Positions 13,751 through 27,130 of a DNA stretch of 64,000 nucleotides are shown one piece after another. The DNA comes from Mobula hypostoma (taxonomy: Eukaryota), in contig NC_086108.1 in the NCBI RefSeq assembly GCF_963921235.1, positions 103,294,001 to 103,358,000 of the forward strand, given 5' to 3'. The stretch's first letter is position 1, and each line of letters begins with the position of its first letter. Both the position numbers and the translations under genes were made by a program. Under the pieces are notes generated by a model that was given only the letters and a program-made list of their open reading frames with translations, made no database searches and had not been told where the DNA came from.

Positions 13751-15052
13751 GGATGAGGTGATGGAATACTTGGTGACACAGGACAAGATAGCACGAGGTC
13801 AGTCTGATTTTCCCTAGGGGAAAATCTTGCCTGATGAACCTGTTGGAATTCTTTGAGGAGATTACAAGTAGGATAGATAAAGGGGGTATAGTGGATGTTG
13901 TATATTTGGACTCTCAGAAGGCCTTTGACAAGGTGCCACAGGTGAGATAGCTTATTAAGTTAAGAGCCCATGGAATTACAGGAAAGTTACTGGCATGGTT
14001 AGAGCATTGGCTGATTAGTAGGAGGCAGCAAGTGGGAATTGAAGGATCCTTTTCTGGTTGACTGCCAGTGACTAGTGGTGTTCTACAAGGGTCGGTGTTG
14101 GGACCACTTCTTTTTATGCTGTATATCAATGATTTAGATGGTAGAATAGATGGCTTTGTTGCCAATTTGTAAATAATATGAAGATTGGTGGAGGGGCAGT
14201 AGTATTGAGGAAACAGGTAGGCTGCAGAACAACTTAGACAGATTAAGAGAATGGGCAAGAGAGTGGCAAATGAAATACAATGTTGGAAAATGCATGCTCA
14301 TGCACTTTGGTAGTAGAAATAAATGTGCAGACTATTTTCTAAATGGGGAGAAAATCCAAAAATCTGAGATGCAAAGGGACTTGGGAGTCCTTGTGCAGAT
14401 CACCCTAATGGTTGACTTGCAGGTAGAGTCGGTGGTGAGGAAAGCATTCAATGTTAGCATTCATTTCAAGAGGTCTAGAATACAAGAGCAAGGATGTGAT
14501 TCTGAGGCTTTATAAGGCACTGGTGAGGCTTCACCTAGAGTATTGTGAACAGTTTTGGGCTCCTCATCTAAGAAAAGATGTTCTGGCATTGGAGAGGGTT
14601 CAGAGGAGATTTACTAGGATGATTCCAGGAATGAAAGGATTATCATACAAGGAAAGTTTGATAGCTCTGGGTCTGTACTCGTTGGAATTTATTGAAAAGG
14701 CCTATATAGAGTAGATGTGGAAATGATGTTTCACATGGTGGGAGAGCCCAGGACAAGAAGGCACAGCCTCAGGATAGAGGGACGTCCATTTAAAACAGAG
14801 ATGTGGAGAAATCTCTTCAGCCAGAGGGTGGTGAATTTGTGGAATTTGTTACCACGTGCAGCTGTGGAGACCAGGTCGTTGAGTGTATTTAAGGCAGAGC
14901 TTGATAGGTTCTTGATTGGACATGGCATCAAAGTTTACAGGGAGAAGGCCGGGGAATGGGGCTGAGGAAGGGAAAAAAGGATCAGTCATGATTGAATGGC
15001 GGAGAAGATTCAATGGGCCAAATGGCCTAATTCTGCTCCGATGCCTTATGAT
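13751..15052 (+). mobile_element. CR1-type LINE fragment inserted in an antisense CR1 (13630-13750 plus 15053-15490)
   Basis: frameshifted RT ORFs 14270-14965; CATAT at 13746-13750 and 15053-15057; host sequence resumes after the insert. Confidence 0.85.
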
Positions 15053-17284
15053 CATATATCTTTCATGCCCTGACTAATCAACAATCTATCAACCTCTGCC
15101 TTAGATATACCCAATGACTGAGCCTCCATAGATTCACCATCCTCTGAGTATAGAAATACCTCCTCATCTCCGTTCTAAAAGTACGCCCCTCTATTCTGAG
15201 TCTGTGTCTTCTGATTCTAGACTTTGCCACCATAGGAAACAGCCACTCTATCAAGGTCTTTCAACAATCAATAGATTTCAATGAAATTCCCCGCGCCCCC
15301 CCCGCCCACCATTCTTCTGAATTCCAGTGAATATAGGCCCAGAGCTGTCAAACACTTCTCACATGTTAAGCCTTTCAATCCTGGAAACATTTTCAGGAGC
15401 TTCCTTTGAACCATATCCAATGCCAGCACATCCTGTCTTAGATAAGAGGCCCAAAACTGCTCTCAGTACTCCAAGTGAGGCCTCACCAGTATATCATGCT
15501 TGTGTGGCCAGTGTGATTGAAGAATCCTCACAGGTTAGGCAAGGCTTCTGCCAGTTACTTCTTTAATTATCCACACCATTCATACCTAGATGTGACAGTG
15601 TTGCCAAAGTCCCACCTAGTCCATTGATATGAGGTTGTTTAGCTCTTTTGGAGTCCTATGTGCAGATTCACCAGATTGGCACCTCGGGGTACATCTGAAA
15701 CCACTCACAAATGCTCTCTGTCACTCTTCGTCAAAGTGGAGATGATCCCATAACGTGGCAGCAATGATGGAGTGATGAACTTGTCACATGGTCGAGGTGA
15801 ACTCTGCTGCTTCTGATAATGGAGGCCCGGTTTTGAGTTGCCAGATGGAATTGAAGTCCACCCCATTTAGACTAAAAAGATTAGCTTTATTTGTACATAG
15901 AAACATTAAAAATTACAGAGAAGTGTGTGTCATTTGTGTCAACGACCAACACAGTCTGAGGATGAGCTGGGGGCAGCCCACAGTGTTGCCGTAATTTCAG
16001 CGCTAACGCAGCAAATTACTGACCCTAACCTATACGCGTTCGGACTGTGAGAGGAAACTGGAGCACCCTGAGGAAACCCATGTGGTCACGGGGAAAATGT
16101 ACAGATTCCTTACAGATAGTAGCAGGGGTTGAACTCGACTCACAGGCACTGTAAAGCATTGTGCTAACCACTGCTTTGCCATACTGCCCTTTTTTTTCAA
16201 AAGACTGTTGGGGTAATAACACAAGGGATGGCATTCACAATATGAAGGCAGGTTTTTAAGTAACTGGAAAGAGTGTGTATTGATTACACCTACAATTATT
16301 GTCATAGGTGGATACATCTGTCAAACGTTCATTTGGTGAGGATTGGGTCAAGTAATCCCCATGAATCCGTACTGTAAATCATGCTGGCAGCTGTGTCCTT
16401 TGAAACAGGGCCAGATTAGACAGAGGCAGTGCTACCAGTAGACATTGAGGTATCCCAGGAGCACATTCTGGGCCATTGCTGCTTCCAGTGTTGTCAGAGT
16501 CAAAGTCGAGTTTATTGTCACATTTACAAGTATATGTAGGCACAGGTGCAATGAAACAATTTCTTGCCACAGCATTCACGGAAAAAAATACACATAATTT
16601 TTACAGGAAAGGACACAATCAGAACAAAAGAACAGTCCATTGTAGTGCAAAGTGATCAAAATGGTTATTGTAGCATGCATGGCCACTAAGTGGTGAGGGA
16701 GTGATTAGGATTTTGCTCTTGGTTCAAGAACTAAATGGTTGAAGGGAGGTAGCTGCTCTCGAACCTTCTGGCGTAGGATTTCAGGCTTCTAGACCTCCTG
16801 CCCAATGGTAGCTGTGAGAAGATGGCATGGCCCAGATGGTGGTCATCTTTGATGATAGATATTGCCCTTTTGGGGCAGCAGCTCCTATAGATACTACCGA
16901 TAGTAGAGACAGATACGCCCGGGATGTATTGGGCTGAGTGCTACATGCTTCAGCTTTCTGTGTTCCTGCTCATTCAAATCGCCACACCAGTCCACAATGT
17001 ATTCACCACAGCTACTTCGGAAACATTTGTAAGAGTAGTTGGTGACAAGCCAAACCTCCTTAACCTTCTAAGAAAGTAAAGAGTGGATGGTAATCAGGAG
17101 TTTTTCTTGTCCATTTCGATGTGATGCCATGAGACTTCATAGGGTTTGAAATCAATGTTGGGAGGAGCAAGGGCTGCTTCCTCTCACCTTTATACCACGG
17201 TCCTGCCAGTGTAGCAGAGCAGCATGGTACAGTGATGTAGTTAGTGAAGCTGCTGTCTCATGCTTCAGTGACCCGGGATTGGTA

Positions 17285-17772
17285 TCAATCTAGGCTTCAC
17301 CGATGATGACAAGTGAAGAAGCTGGATGAGGATGTAAACTCCAGGCCTCAAATGTCGAACTTACCAATGACAGAAACGCATGGTTATGTACAATGGAGAC
17401 ACAAGGCTCTGTGTTACTCAGTAAGTCCCAGGGATGGTCCCTTTATGTAACAAGGAGTGGTCGCCAGTCTGGATTGAACCGGGGTAGTTATGGCAAAACT
17501 CGGTATCTATTACCTTGGGTCTACCAGGAGAGACGTAAACCAGGTGGACCCTCGTGCAGATGATACCAGAGACCTTCACTAGAGGATTGGTTTGTAGGGA
17601 ACTCGAGAATCACCACACGCAGGGTAAGTAAACAAGAATGAGGAAAACCGAAGAAAACAGAGAGAGCTTAAATAGAGAACAAAACAAAGCACGAGTGCAC
17701 TGTGCCTAAAATGAGACCCAGATCAACTAATGATCAGGGGAGGAGGAGCATCAGAGCCTGAGGATTCTGGCA
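17285..17772 (-). mobile_element. possible solo LTR
   Basis: minus strand begins TGCCAGAATCC and has TATTTAA ~100 nt in; appears to interrupt a SINE-like head; other end not defined. Confidence 0.25.
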
Positions 17773-19534
17773 CCCCTGGTGATCAGTCCAATGCGCGTCA
17801 GTTTTATATATGCAACTGGGTATGAAATCCCGTCACTCCTGGTAATAAAGTTAAGTTGAAAAATGTTGAATCTTCATTAAGCAATCTGTAATGGAGAGCA
17901 ATTAAAGTAGAAAGGAGTCATCAACAATTAGACAACTGACCTTTTGAGAAGTCAGCGTAGTCTCATGCCAGTCCATGACTCAGAAAACTTTAAGAAAATG
18001 GAAAGCGACATCGTACAGATTACAATGGAACAGTTAAGCAAGTGTCTTGACGTTCATTAGTGTTGGTGTTACCAGAAAAAGGTTTCTTATAACTATCACA
18101 GCTTCTCATCAAAGCAGTCAGGGCAATGCTAGCTTTGATGTGGTTTTGTTTCAAATGGAGTCTGAAGATCCCACAGATTTGTTGAAAGACAATTGGAATC
18201 TTGAGTGACACATCCCCCTTCCCCCTCAACCAATTACAACAAAGCAGACCTTGTTTCCCGCTTAAAACAACAGATGATCACATGGTGCCACTGGTGGAGC
18301 TGCTGCCAGATGGAGGAAGGAAATCTGGGATCAGTCCTAGCCCTGGGTGCTGACTGTGTGGAGTTTGCCAGTTCTTATTCTGATTGCAATTATTTCCCTG
18401 GGTGCTCTGTTTTCCTCCCATGTCCAAAGTCATGTGAGTTTATCAGTTGAACAGCCAAAGTAAATTCCCTCATATAGATTATAGAACAGTACAGGCCCTT
18501 CGGCCCACAATGTTGTGCTGACCTTTTAACCTACCCGAAGATCAATCTAACCCTTCCCTCCTACATAGTCCAGAAGCCTCCATTTTTCTTACATCGATGT
18601 GCCCATGTTCAGGGGCTTATTCTCTGTGGTAGTGTTGTATGTTCTATGCGCCTATCTAAGATTGTCTTAAATGTCCTTAATGTATCTGCCTCTACCACCA
18701 CTTCTAGTAGTATGTTCCAAATGCCCATCACTTTCGGTGCAAAAACCTACTTCTGACATCCCCCATTAACCTTCCTCCACTTACCTTAAAAGGATGTCCT
18801 CCGGTATTGTCCATTGCCACCCTGGGGAAGAAGACGCTGGCTATCCACTCAATCTATGCCTCTTATCGACTTGTACACCTCGATCAAGTCTCGTCCTCTT
18901 TTGCTTCAAAGAGAAAAGCTCTCGCTGACCTGCACAATCCTCATAAGACATGCTCTGTAATCCTGGTAAACCTCTGCACTGTTGAGTGTTTCTCCGCTAA
19001 GTCTTGCAAAAACACGATACCACTGAGTGGATCTTTATCACACACCTTTATTACTTGCAAGGGGAAAGCTCACCTCCATTCCCATCAGGGTGGTAGGAGA
19101 CCTCCAATACACCATTTACAAAGCATTCTTTTTATACATAAAATTAGACAAGATTACTATTTCCAGTGATCTCAGTCCTTCCGATACATTTGTTGTAGTC
19201 TGCCATCTGCTTTTGACCCATCTCTGCTACTTCTTATTTTTGCACAGTGTTCATTTCAATGGGTGCTGGCAGTCACATATTCCTTTAGTAGCCACGTACA
19301 TATATTGCAACATATTAGCTTAGCACTCTGGGATTTTCTACTCCATTTTGTCACATCAGGTGCTTAAAAAATAAATACAAAGTTCAATACAAATTTCCAC
19401 AGCACCCTCTCTAAAGCTTCCACATCCTTCCTATAATGACATAATCAGGAATGCAAGTGTGGACTAACCAGAGTTTTATAGACTTGTAACACTGGATAGC
19501 TGAATTTGGGAGAAATAGATGGAATGAACACAGA

Positions 19535-20030
19535 GTATAGAAATTTACTGCACATTACAGGCCCTTCAGCCCACAATGTTGTGCTGACCATGTAACCTAC
19601 TCTAGAAGCTGCCTAGAATCTCCCTAGCGCATAACCCTCTATTTTTCTAAGCTACCTAGCTAAGAGTCTCTTAAAAGACCCTATTGTATCTGCTTCCACC
19701 ACCGTCACCGGCAGCCCATTCCGCACACCCACCACTCTCTGTATGAAAATCTTACCCCTGACATCCCCTCAGTACGTATTTCCAAGCACCTTAAAACTAT
19801 GCCCCCTCGTGTTAGCCATTTCAGCCCTGGGAAAAAGCCTCTGGCTATCCACACGATCAATGCCTCTCATCATCTGATACACCTCTATCAGGTCACCTCT
19901 CATCCTCCGTCACTCCAAGGAGAAAAGACCAAGTTCACTCAACCTATTCTCATAAGGTACACCCTCCAATCTAGACAATATCCTTGTAAGTCTCCTCTGC
20001 ACTGTCTCTACAGTGTTCACATTCTTGCTG
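19535..20030 (-). mobile_element. CR1-type LINE 3' fragment (sister copy ~39280-39680; related copy ~18475-18980)
   Basis: MRGDL..VYKIMRGID-type remnant and shared 3' UTR. Confidence 0.8.
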
Positions 20031-21634
20031 ACTAAATTAAAATATAGGAGAACAGATTTTATTTTAAAATATTTTATTTAGAGATATAGCAGAGAACTGG
20101 CCCTCTGGCCCAACGAGGTGTACCACCCAGGAACCCACCTACTTAACACTTACCTCATTACAGGACAATTTACAATGGCCAATTAACCGCCTAACTGGTA
20201 TGTCATTGGACTATGGGAAGGAACACGCTCACGGTTCATGGGGAGAACATACAAACTTTTTACAGATGGTGCCGGAATTGAGCTCTGAACTCTGGAACAC
20301 GGTGAACCGTAATAGCGTTGTGCTAACCACTACGCTGCTGTGTATCCTAATTGCAGCAGACAATGATGGGGAGTGGGATTGTTATTTGATGGCCAGCACT
20401 CAATAGGCTGAATGGAAGAATATGAAACAAAGGATTAGTGTAAATAGATGGTTGATGCTCGGCATATACTCGATAGGCCAAAGAGCCTGTCGCCCGGTTG
20501 TACCTCTCTACGACTCTACGATTAAATCTGACAAATTGTAGATAGAATCTGTTTGAACGTTGGTCGGTAATTTTTAAACATGGTATCTGGAACACAATTA
20601 CTTGGCATTTGGATGCACATGAGTTAATTAATTTAACAGTGACTTGTAGAAGTCTTCTTGAATTTGATTAACTTGATTCAGCTCTTTGATAAAGAAGCTG
20701 AGAGATTAAACAAGAACAATCCAGCCCTAATGTTGTATTTGGACCTTCAAATCACGTTTGAGAAAAAAGGCTATGCAGCAGAATTTGTTAAGGATATTAA
20801 AGTCTATAAGATGAATCATTTGACTGGTTATAAATCTGGCTGATGGAAAATAGATCAACATAATCAATTCTGCAGGTGCTGGAAATCCAAAGTAACATAC
20901 ACACAAAATGCTGGAGGAAATCAGCAGGTCAGGCAGAATCAAAAGAGAGGAAGAAGCAGTCAATGTTTTGGGCCGAGACCCTTCATCAGTACTGGAAAAT
21001 AGATTGTATCAGTCATCATTTTCAGACTGGACTAAGTGAATAGGATAGCGTTTTACTGAGGATTTGGTATGGGGCCACTGAAGTCCAATATGGATCAGTC
21101 ATCTGGGGCTGGGTGTATAAGACATCATTTCAGAATACGTAGGTGTACAAAGTTCAGCCTTTATCAATGAATAGGATAGCAAAGGTCTGCAGATGGGCTG
21201 GTGAACTGGGTAGTCATAGGGCAGTGATATTTAGTACTGAAGTGATACATTTTCATCAGAAGAGAAGAGGCAACTAAATGGGAGACACAAGAGGCAGCAG
21301 ATGCTGGAATCTGGAGCAACACACAGTGTCACAAAGTCCTGGAGGAACTCAGCGTGTCAAACAAGTCTGTGAGCGAAAAGGAACTGTTGACATTTTAGCT
21401 GGCAGTCCTTCATCAAGACCGAGAAACTGACTGCATTAAAAAGCACAATTTTACCGAGTGTCCCCTGGCCATGACCATCTGACTGATGGACGACCGTGGA
21501 CATGATCGAGCTCCCATAATATTAAATTCAGAATATGTACGTACATATACACACAGTGGCCACGTTATTAGGTAGACCAGCATACCTGCTCATTAATGCA
21601 AATGGCTAATCAGCCAATCATGAACCAACACAAT

Positions 21635-22438
21635 GAAGTTCAATGGTTCAATAACTCCATTTAATATCGATGTATGCAGTACACAGCCTGAAATTCTTAC
21701 TCTTTACAGACATCCACGAAGCAGAACACCCTAAAGAGTAAATGACAGAAAAATATTAGCACCCTTCCTCCCTCCCACGCACAAGCAGCAGCAAAGCATC
21801 AACCCTCCCCCTCCCCCCTCCCCATTTGCACCAACAGGAAGCATCAGCACCCCCCCACCCACCCACCTGCAAGCACTAGCAGCCCCCAAAGAGAACATCA
21901 ATCTAGGTCCATCAAAAACTACAGTCCAAAACCCAGCACTTCGACATGACACAGGCTCCCTCTCTCACCAACAAGGGAGAAAGCGGTGCCACCCCTTCCA
22001 CAGCAAGACGGGAGACCAAAAGCTTGCTGTTTCAATGTTACAATCTGCAGCGCCACTTTCACCTTGAGTTTCTCCGACCTGCGAAACAGCACCAAACTTT
22101 CCCCACCCCAGTGAGAGAGAGAGAGTGCGGAGGCCTCCGACAGCCGCACCTACGGCCCCAATGTTCCGATCTGCTGCGACACTGGCAAGGAATCAGTAAT
22201 CGTGAGGGCCATGCAGGGCCGCACTCTGAAGGTGCATGTAGTCCAGGCTGTTCCTGGAGATATCAAAAGACAGCCGGTCGGGGAGCAGGAACCCACTGTC
22301 GTGAAGAATCACAATTTGAGTGCAGCTGTAGATCACGGAGTCCGACAGAGCCCCAGCCACTTTGAAAAAGAGGGAAAAGAGACATTAAAGAGGGGAATTT
22401 AAGCTGTTTCACCCTCTAGCGCCATCTTAGCTCCTCCT
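21635..22438 (-). mobile_element. non-autonomous retroelement, probable internally deleted LINE
   Basis: minus strand starts GGAGGAGCTAAGATGGCG, is CpG-rich and ends in a LINE-like 3' UTR; no credible ORF. Confidence 0.5.
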
Positions 22439-23004
22439 TAATCAGCACCTGCTTGATATCCAGATCAGTAATGCCTGAGGAAGATGGTAAGCTTGAAAAC
22501 GTACCACCAGACACAAGGACAGCTTCCATTCCACGATTAGGCTCAGTGGCCCTTTATTAGGTACACCTAATGGCCTGCTCATTAATGCAAATATCTAATC
22601 AGCCAATCATTTGTCAGTAATTCATTGCATAAAAGCATGCAGACATGGTCACGAGGATCAGTCGTTGTTCAGACCACACATCAGAGTGGGGAAGCAATAT
22701 GTTCTAAGTGACCTTGACCGTGCCAGACGGGTGGTTTAAGTATCTCAGAAGCTGGTGATCTCCTGGGCTTTTCCGCCACAGCAGTCTCAAGAGTTTACAG
22801 AGAATGGTGCAAAAAACTGAAAAAACATCCAGTGAGTGTCAGTTCTGTGGGCAAAAACACCTTGTTAATAAGAGCGGTCAGAGGAGAATGGTCAGGCTGG
22901 TTCAAGCTGACAGGAAGGTGGCAGTTACTGAAATAAACACTCATTACAACAGTGGTGTGCAGAAGAGCATCTCTGAACGCATAACACGGCGATAGCAGCA
23001 GCAG

Positions 23005-23214
23005 TACTACACAAATGCTGGAGGAACTCAAGGTCGGGCAGCATCCGTGGAAAGGTCTGTCGACGTTTCGGGCCAGAACCCTTCGTCAGGACTCAGGGTT
23101 CCGGCCCGAAACATCGACAGACCTTTTCCACGGATGCTGCCCGACCTGCTGAATTCCTCCAGCGTGTTGTGAGTGCTGCTTTGACCCCAGCATCTGCAGA
23201 TTATTTTGTGTCTA
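23005..23214. mobile_element. palindromic Penelope-derived mini-element with hammerhead motif
   Basis: inverted arms ~23011-23082 and ~23096-23170; 15-bp direct repeat CGATAGCAGCAGCAG at 22990-23004 and 23215-23229. Confidence 0.8.
23059..23093 (-). ncRNA. minimal type I hammerhead ribozyme motif, core intact
   Basis: GUC-CUGACGA-A-GGGUUCUGGCCC-GAAA-CG-UC^GAC; stem I only 3 bp. Confidence 0.65.
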
Positions 23215-26171
23215 CGATAGCAGCAGCAGACTATGATTTTGACAAATTTCTATAGATGTGTGGTGGAGAGTATATTGACTGACTGCATCACAGCTGGGTA
23301 CAAATGGAAAATCCTGCAAAAAGTAATGGATATGGCCCAAGCCCTCACGGGTAAAGCCCTCCCAGCCACTGAACACACTTACATGAAGTGTTGTAGCAGG
23401 AAAGCTGTATCCATCTTCAGCCAACCCCACCACCCAGGACATGCTGGCTTCTCGCTGCTGCCATCAGGAAGAAAGTACAGGAGCCTCAGATCTTACACCA
23501 CCAAGTTCAGGAACAGCTAGTACCCCTCAACCATCAGGCTCTTGAACCAAAGGAGATAGCTTCACTCAGCTTTAGTTGCCCCATCTTTGAAAGGTTCCCG
23601 TAACCAAAGGACTCACTTTCAGAGAATCTTCATCTCATATTCTCAATATTTATTGCTTATTTATTTAAAACTATTATTCCTTCTTTTTGTATTTGCACAG
23701 TTTGTTATCTTCTGCACTCTGGTTGAACAGTCTTTTATTGATTCTGTTATGGGTTATTATTTTATAGATTTATTAATTGTGCCAACAAGAAAATGAATCT
23801 GTGTTGTATATAGTAACATATACGTGCTTTGATAATAGAAGTTACTTTGAACACACACTCAGTGGCTGCTTGATTAATAATAATGATAAAAGAATGAAGT
23901 GGCCACTGAGTGTACATATATTGTTCCTGTGAGTGGCAGAACTAATTTCCTCTCTCTCTCTATCCACTTGGAGTGATTGTTCTTTCTTATCAGCCTTGTG
24001 TGATTCTGATGCCATTCATTAGAACCCTGAGGAGGTGTGATTACTAGAGGAAGTGATTTTTGTGTGTCTTCCAACTTAGGGACAAAATTGACTTATGGAT
24101 ATTTGTAAAAAAACAGAACCAATTTGTTAGCCGGAGGTGGCCTATATTAAAGTGGGTCGAGGAACAGAAGATGATGATGATGTTTTCTATTTTTGGGACT
24201 ATGCAATTAGTGTGCCAGTTGATTGCCACATTTCCCACACTGCAGCAGATTCTAACTTCAAAAGTACTTTGGAACTACATCAAAAATGACCTGCTGAGAG
24301 AGCTCCAGCATTTTCTGCTTTTCTTTTGAATTCCAGCATCTGCAGTATCTTCCTTTTTCAGTCAGTGGCCTTTTATCTTTTTAATTTAAAGGGAAAGGTT
24401 GAGTAGGATAGAGCTTTGTTCCCTAGAGCATAAGAGAATGAGGGGAGATTTGATATACCCATACAAAATTTTGAGGAGTATAAATCAGGTTAATGCAAGC
24501 AGACTTTTTCCACTGTTGTTGGGTGAGGCTGCAACTAGAGGTCATGGGTTAAGAGTGAAAGGTGAAATGTTTAATGCCAACATGAGGGGGAACCTGCTCA
24601 CGCAGATAGTGGTGAGAGTGTGGAATGAGCTGTCAGCGCAAGTAGTGCATACAAGCTCGATTTCAATGTTCAGGAGAAGTGTGGATGGGAGGGCTATGGT
24701 CCGGGTGCAAGCCAAGGTGATTAGTCAGAATAATAGTTAGGCACAGACTAGAAAGGCCGAAGGACCAGTTTCTGCGCTGTAATATTCTATCTCTGTGTGA
24801 CCCAATTTCCACAATGAAATACATCAACATCTTGAAATGCATACCTTTGAAGGCAGTACAAGCAGAAAAGGGTGTCAAGAAGATTAAGATCCACAGTCAC
24901 ACGGCACAAAAGGAAAGTTGGAAGTAAATTTATTATCAAAGCACGTACATATCACCTATACAACCGTGAGATTCGTTTTCCTGTGAGCAATAGGATCAAT
25001 GAAAGACTGCACCCAACAGGATGCACAGGCAACGAATGTGCAGAAGATAAACCATGCAAATTCAAAAGGAAAGGGGAAATAAAAGAATAATAGTAATAAA
25101 TAAATAAGCAATAAATACTGAGAACATGAAATGAAAAGTCCTTGAAAGAGAGTCCATAGGCTGTGGGAATAGTGCAGTGATGGGGCAAGTGAAGTTGAAT
25201 GAAGTTATCCTCTTTGCTTCAAGAGGTTGATGGTTGAGGGGTAATAACTAGTTATGTTTTTCCTGAGGCTCCTGTACCTCCTTCCTGATGGCAGCAGCGG
25301 GAAGAGAGCATGGCCTGGGTGGTGGGAGTCTTTGATGACTGTTGCTGCCTTCCTGTGACAATGCTCTATGTAGATGAGTTCAGTAGTGGGGAGGGCTTTA
25401 TCTGTGATGGACTGGGCCGTATCCACTACTTTTTGTAGGCTTTTCTATACAAGAGCATTGGTGTTTTCATACCAGGCCTTGATGGAACAAGATAAAATAC
25501 TCTCCACTTCACAACTGTAGAAGTTTGCCAAAGTTTTAGATGACAAGCCAAATCTTCGCAAACTTCCTCTAACTCTGTACTTTCTTCCGAATTGCCTTAA
25601 GTGCTGGATTGAGAAATTTAAATCTGCTGACTCTCCCCACCCCGATCCTCCAATGAGGACGGGCTCATGGACGTCTGGTTTTCCCTCCTGAAGTCAATTA
25701 CCAGCTCTGGGGTCTTGCTGACATTGAGTAAGAGGTTGTTGTGACACCACCCAGTCACATTTTCAGTCTCTCTCCTATATGCTGATTCGTCACCACTTTG
25801 ACTTGGCCAGTGACAGTGGTGTCGTCAGCAAACCAGAATATGGAATCGGAGCTGTACTCGGCCGCACAGTCATAAAGTGAGTAGAGCCTGTTGGGCACCT
25901 GAGATTGTGGAGGAGATGTTGCTGCCAATTCGAACAGACCGGGGTTGGCAAGCGAAGAAATCGAGGATCCATTTGCACAAGGAGGTATTTAGGCCAAGGT
26001 CTTGGTGGTTATTGATTAGTTCTGAGGAGATGATAGTACTGAATGCCAAGCTGTAGTCAAGACATTTAAGCAGAACGTTTACAAACCATGGTGCAAACAC
26101 GATTGATCAGAATCAACACTGGGATGGGGAAATTCAGTTATTTGGTGAGACGTGAGAATCTGAGTTTGTTC

Positions 26172-26622
26172 TGAAAAAGCTGAGGAGTCGTTCAGCAGTA
26201 CAGTAGAGTGGGATATAGAGAAGGCTGAGGAGTCCTGGGGCAGTACGGTAGAGTGGGAGTTAGATAAACCTGAGGGGTCCTGGGGCAGTACGGTACAGTG
26301 GGAATTAGAAAAAGCTGAGGAGTCCTGGGGTAGGACGGTAGAGTGGGAGTTAGAAAAAACTGAGGAGTCCTGGGGCAGTATGGTAGAGTGGGAGTTAGAT
26401 AAACCTGAGGGGTCCTGGGGCAGTACGGTACAGTGGGAATTAGAAAAAGCTGAGGAGTCCTGGGGTAGGACGGTAGAGTGGGAGTTAGAAAAAACTGAGG
26501 AGTCCTGGGGCAGTATGGTAGAGTGGGAGTCAGTGAAAGCTGAGGAGTCCTGGGGTAGGACGGTAGAGTGGGAGTCAGTGAAACCTGAGGAGTCCTGGGG
26601 TAGGACGGTAGAATGGGAGTTA
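26172..26622. repeat. 45-bp minisatellite, ~10 units
   Basis: unit ~CTGAGGAGTCCTGGGGCAGTACGGTAGAGTGGGAGTTAGAAAAAG. Confidence 0.95.
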
Positions 26623-27130
26623 CTCAGCAGATCAGGCAGCATCTATGGAAATGAATAAACGGTCGACGCTTCTCTTCTTCAGGACTGAGAAGGAAGGGGG
26701 AAAATGCCAGAATAAAAAAGGGTGGGGGGAGGGGAAGAAGGCTAGCTGGAAGGTGATTGTTGATAGGTGGGTGGGAAAGGTAAAGGGCTGGAGAAGAAGG
26801 AATATGATAGGAGAGGAAAGTGGAATATAGGAGAAAGGGAAGGAGGAGGGGACCCAGGGGAAAGTAATAGGCAGGTAAAAAAGAGGTAAATCGTCAGAGT
26901 TGTGGGGGCGGGGGAATTTTTTACCAGAAGGAAAAATCAATATTCATACCATCAGGCTGGAGGTTACTCAGAATGTGTAGCCACCAACCTGATGGTGTTG
27001 TTCCTCCACCCTGAGGGTGGGCTCATCTTGGTACAAGAGAAGGCCGGGGATGAACAGTCGGAACAGGAATGGGAATCGAAATTAAAATGTTTGGCTTGTG
27101 GCGGATGCAACTGTGGTTCTCAACGAAGTG
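26622..27130 (-). mobile_element. Penelope-like fragment, degenerate
   Basis: similar to 6860-7450; hammerhead region partly deleted. Confidence 0.7.

Larger units (their letters stand above)
22543..23232 (+). mobile_element. Tc1-like transposon fragment interrupted by a fold-back element
   Basis: cagtggccctttattaggtacacc end; collinear with 10620-11135. Confidence 0.75.

Noticed and set aside
26172..26622. CRISPR array or repeat-protein gene (ORFs 26079-26642 and 26380-26658)
   Set aside because: Contiguous units with no unique spacers in a eukaryotic intron; the ORFs follow from the 45-bp period
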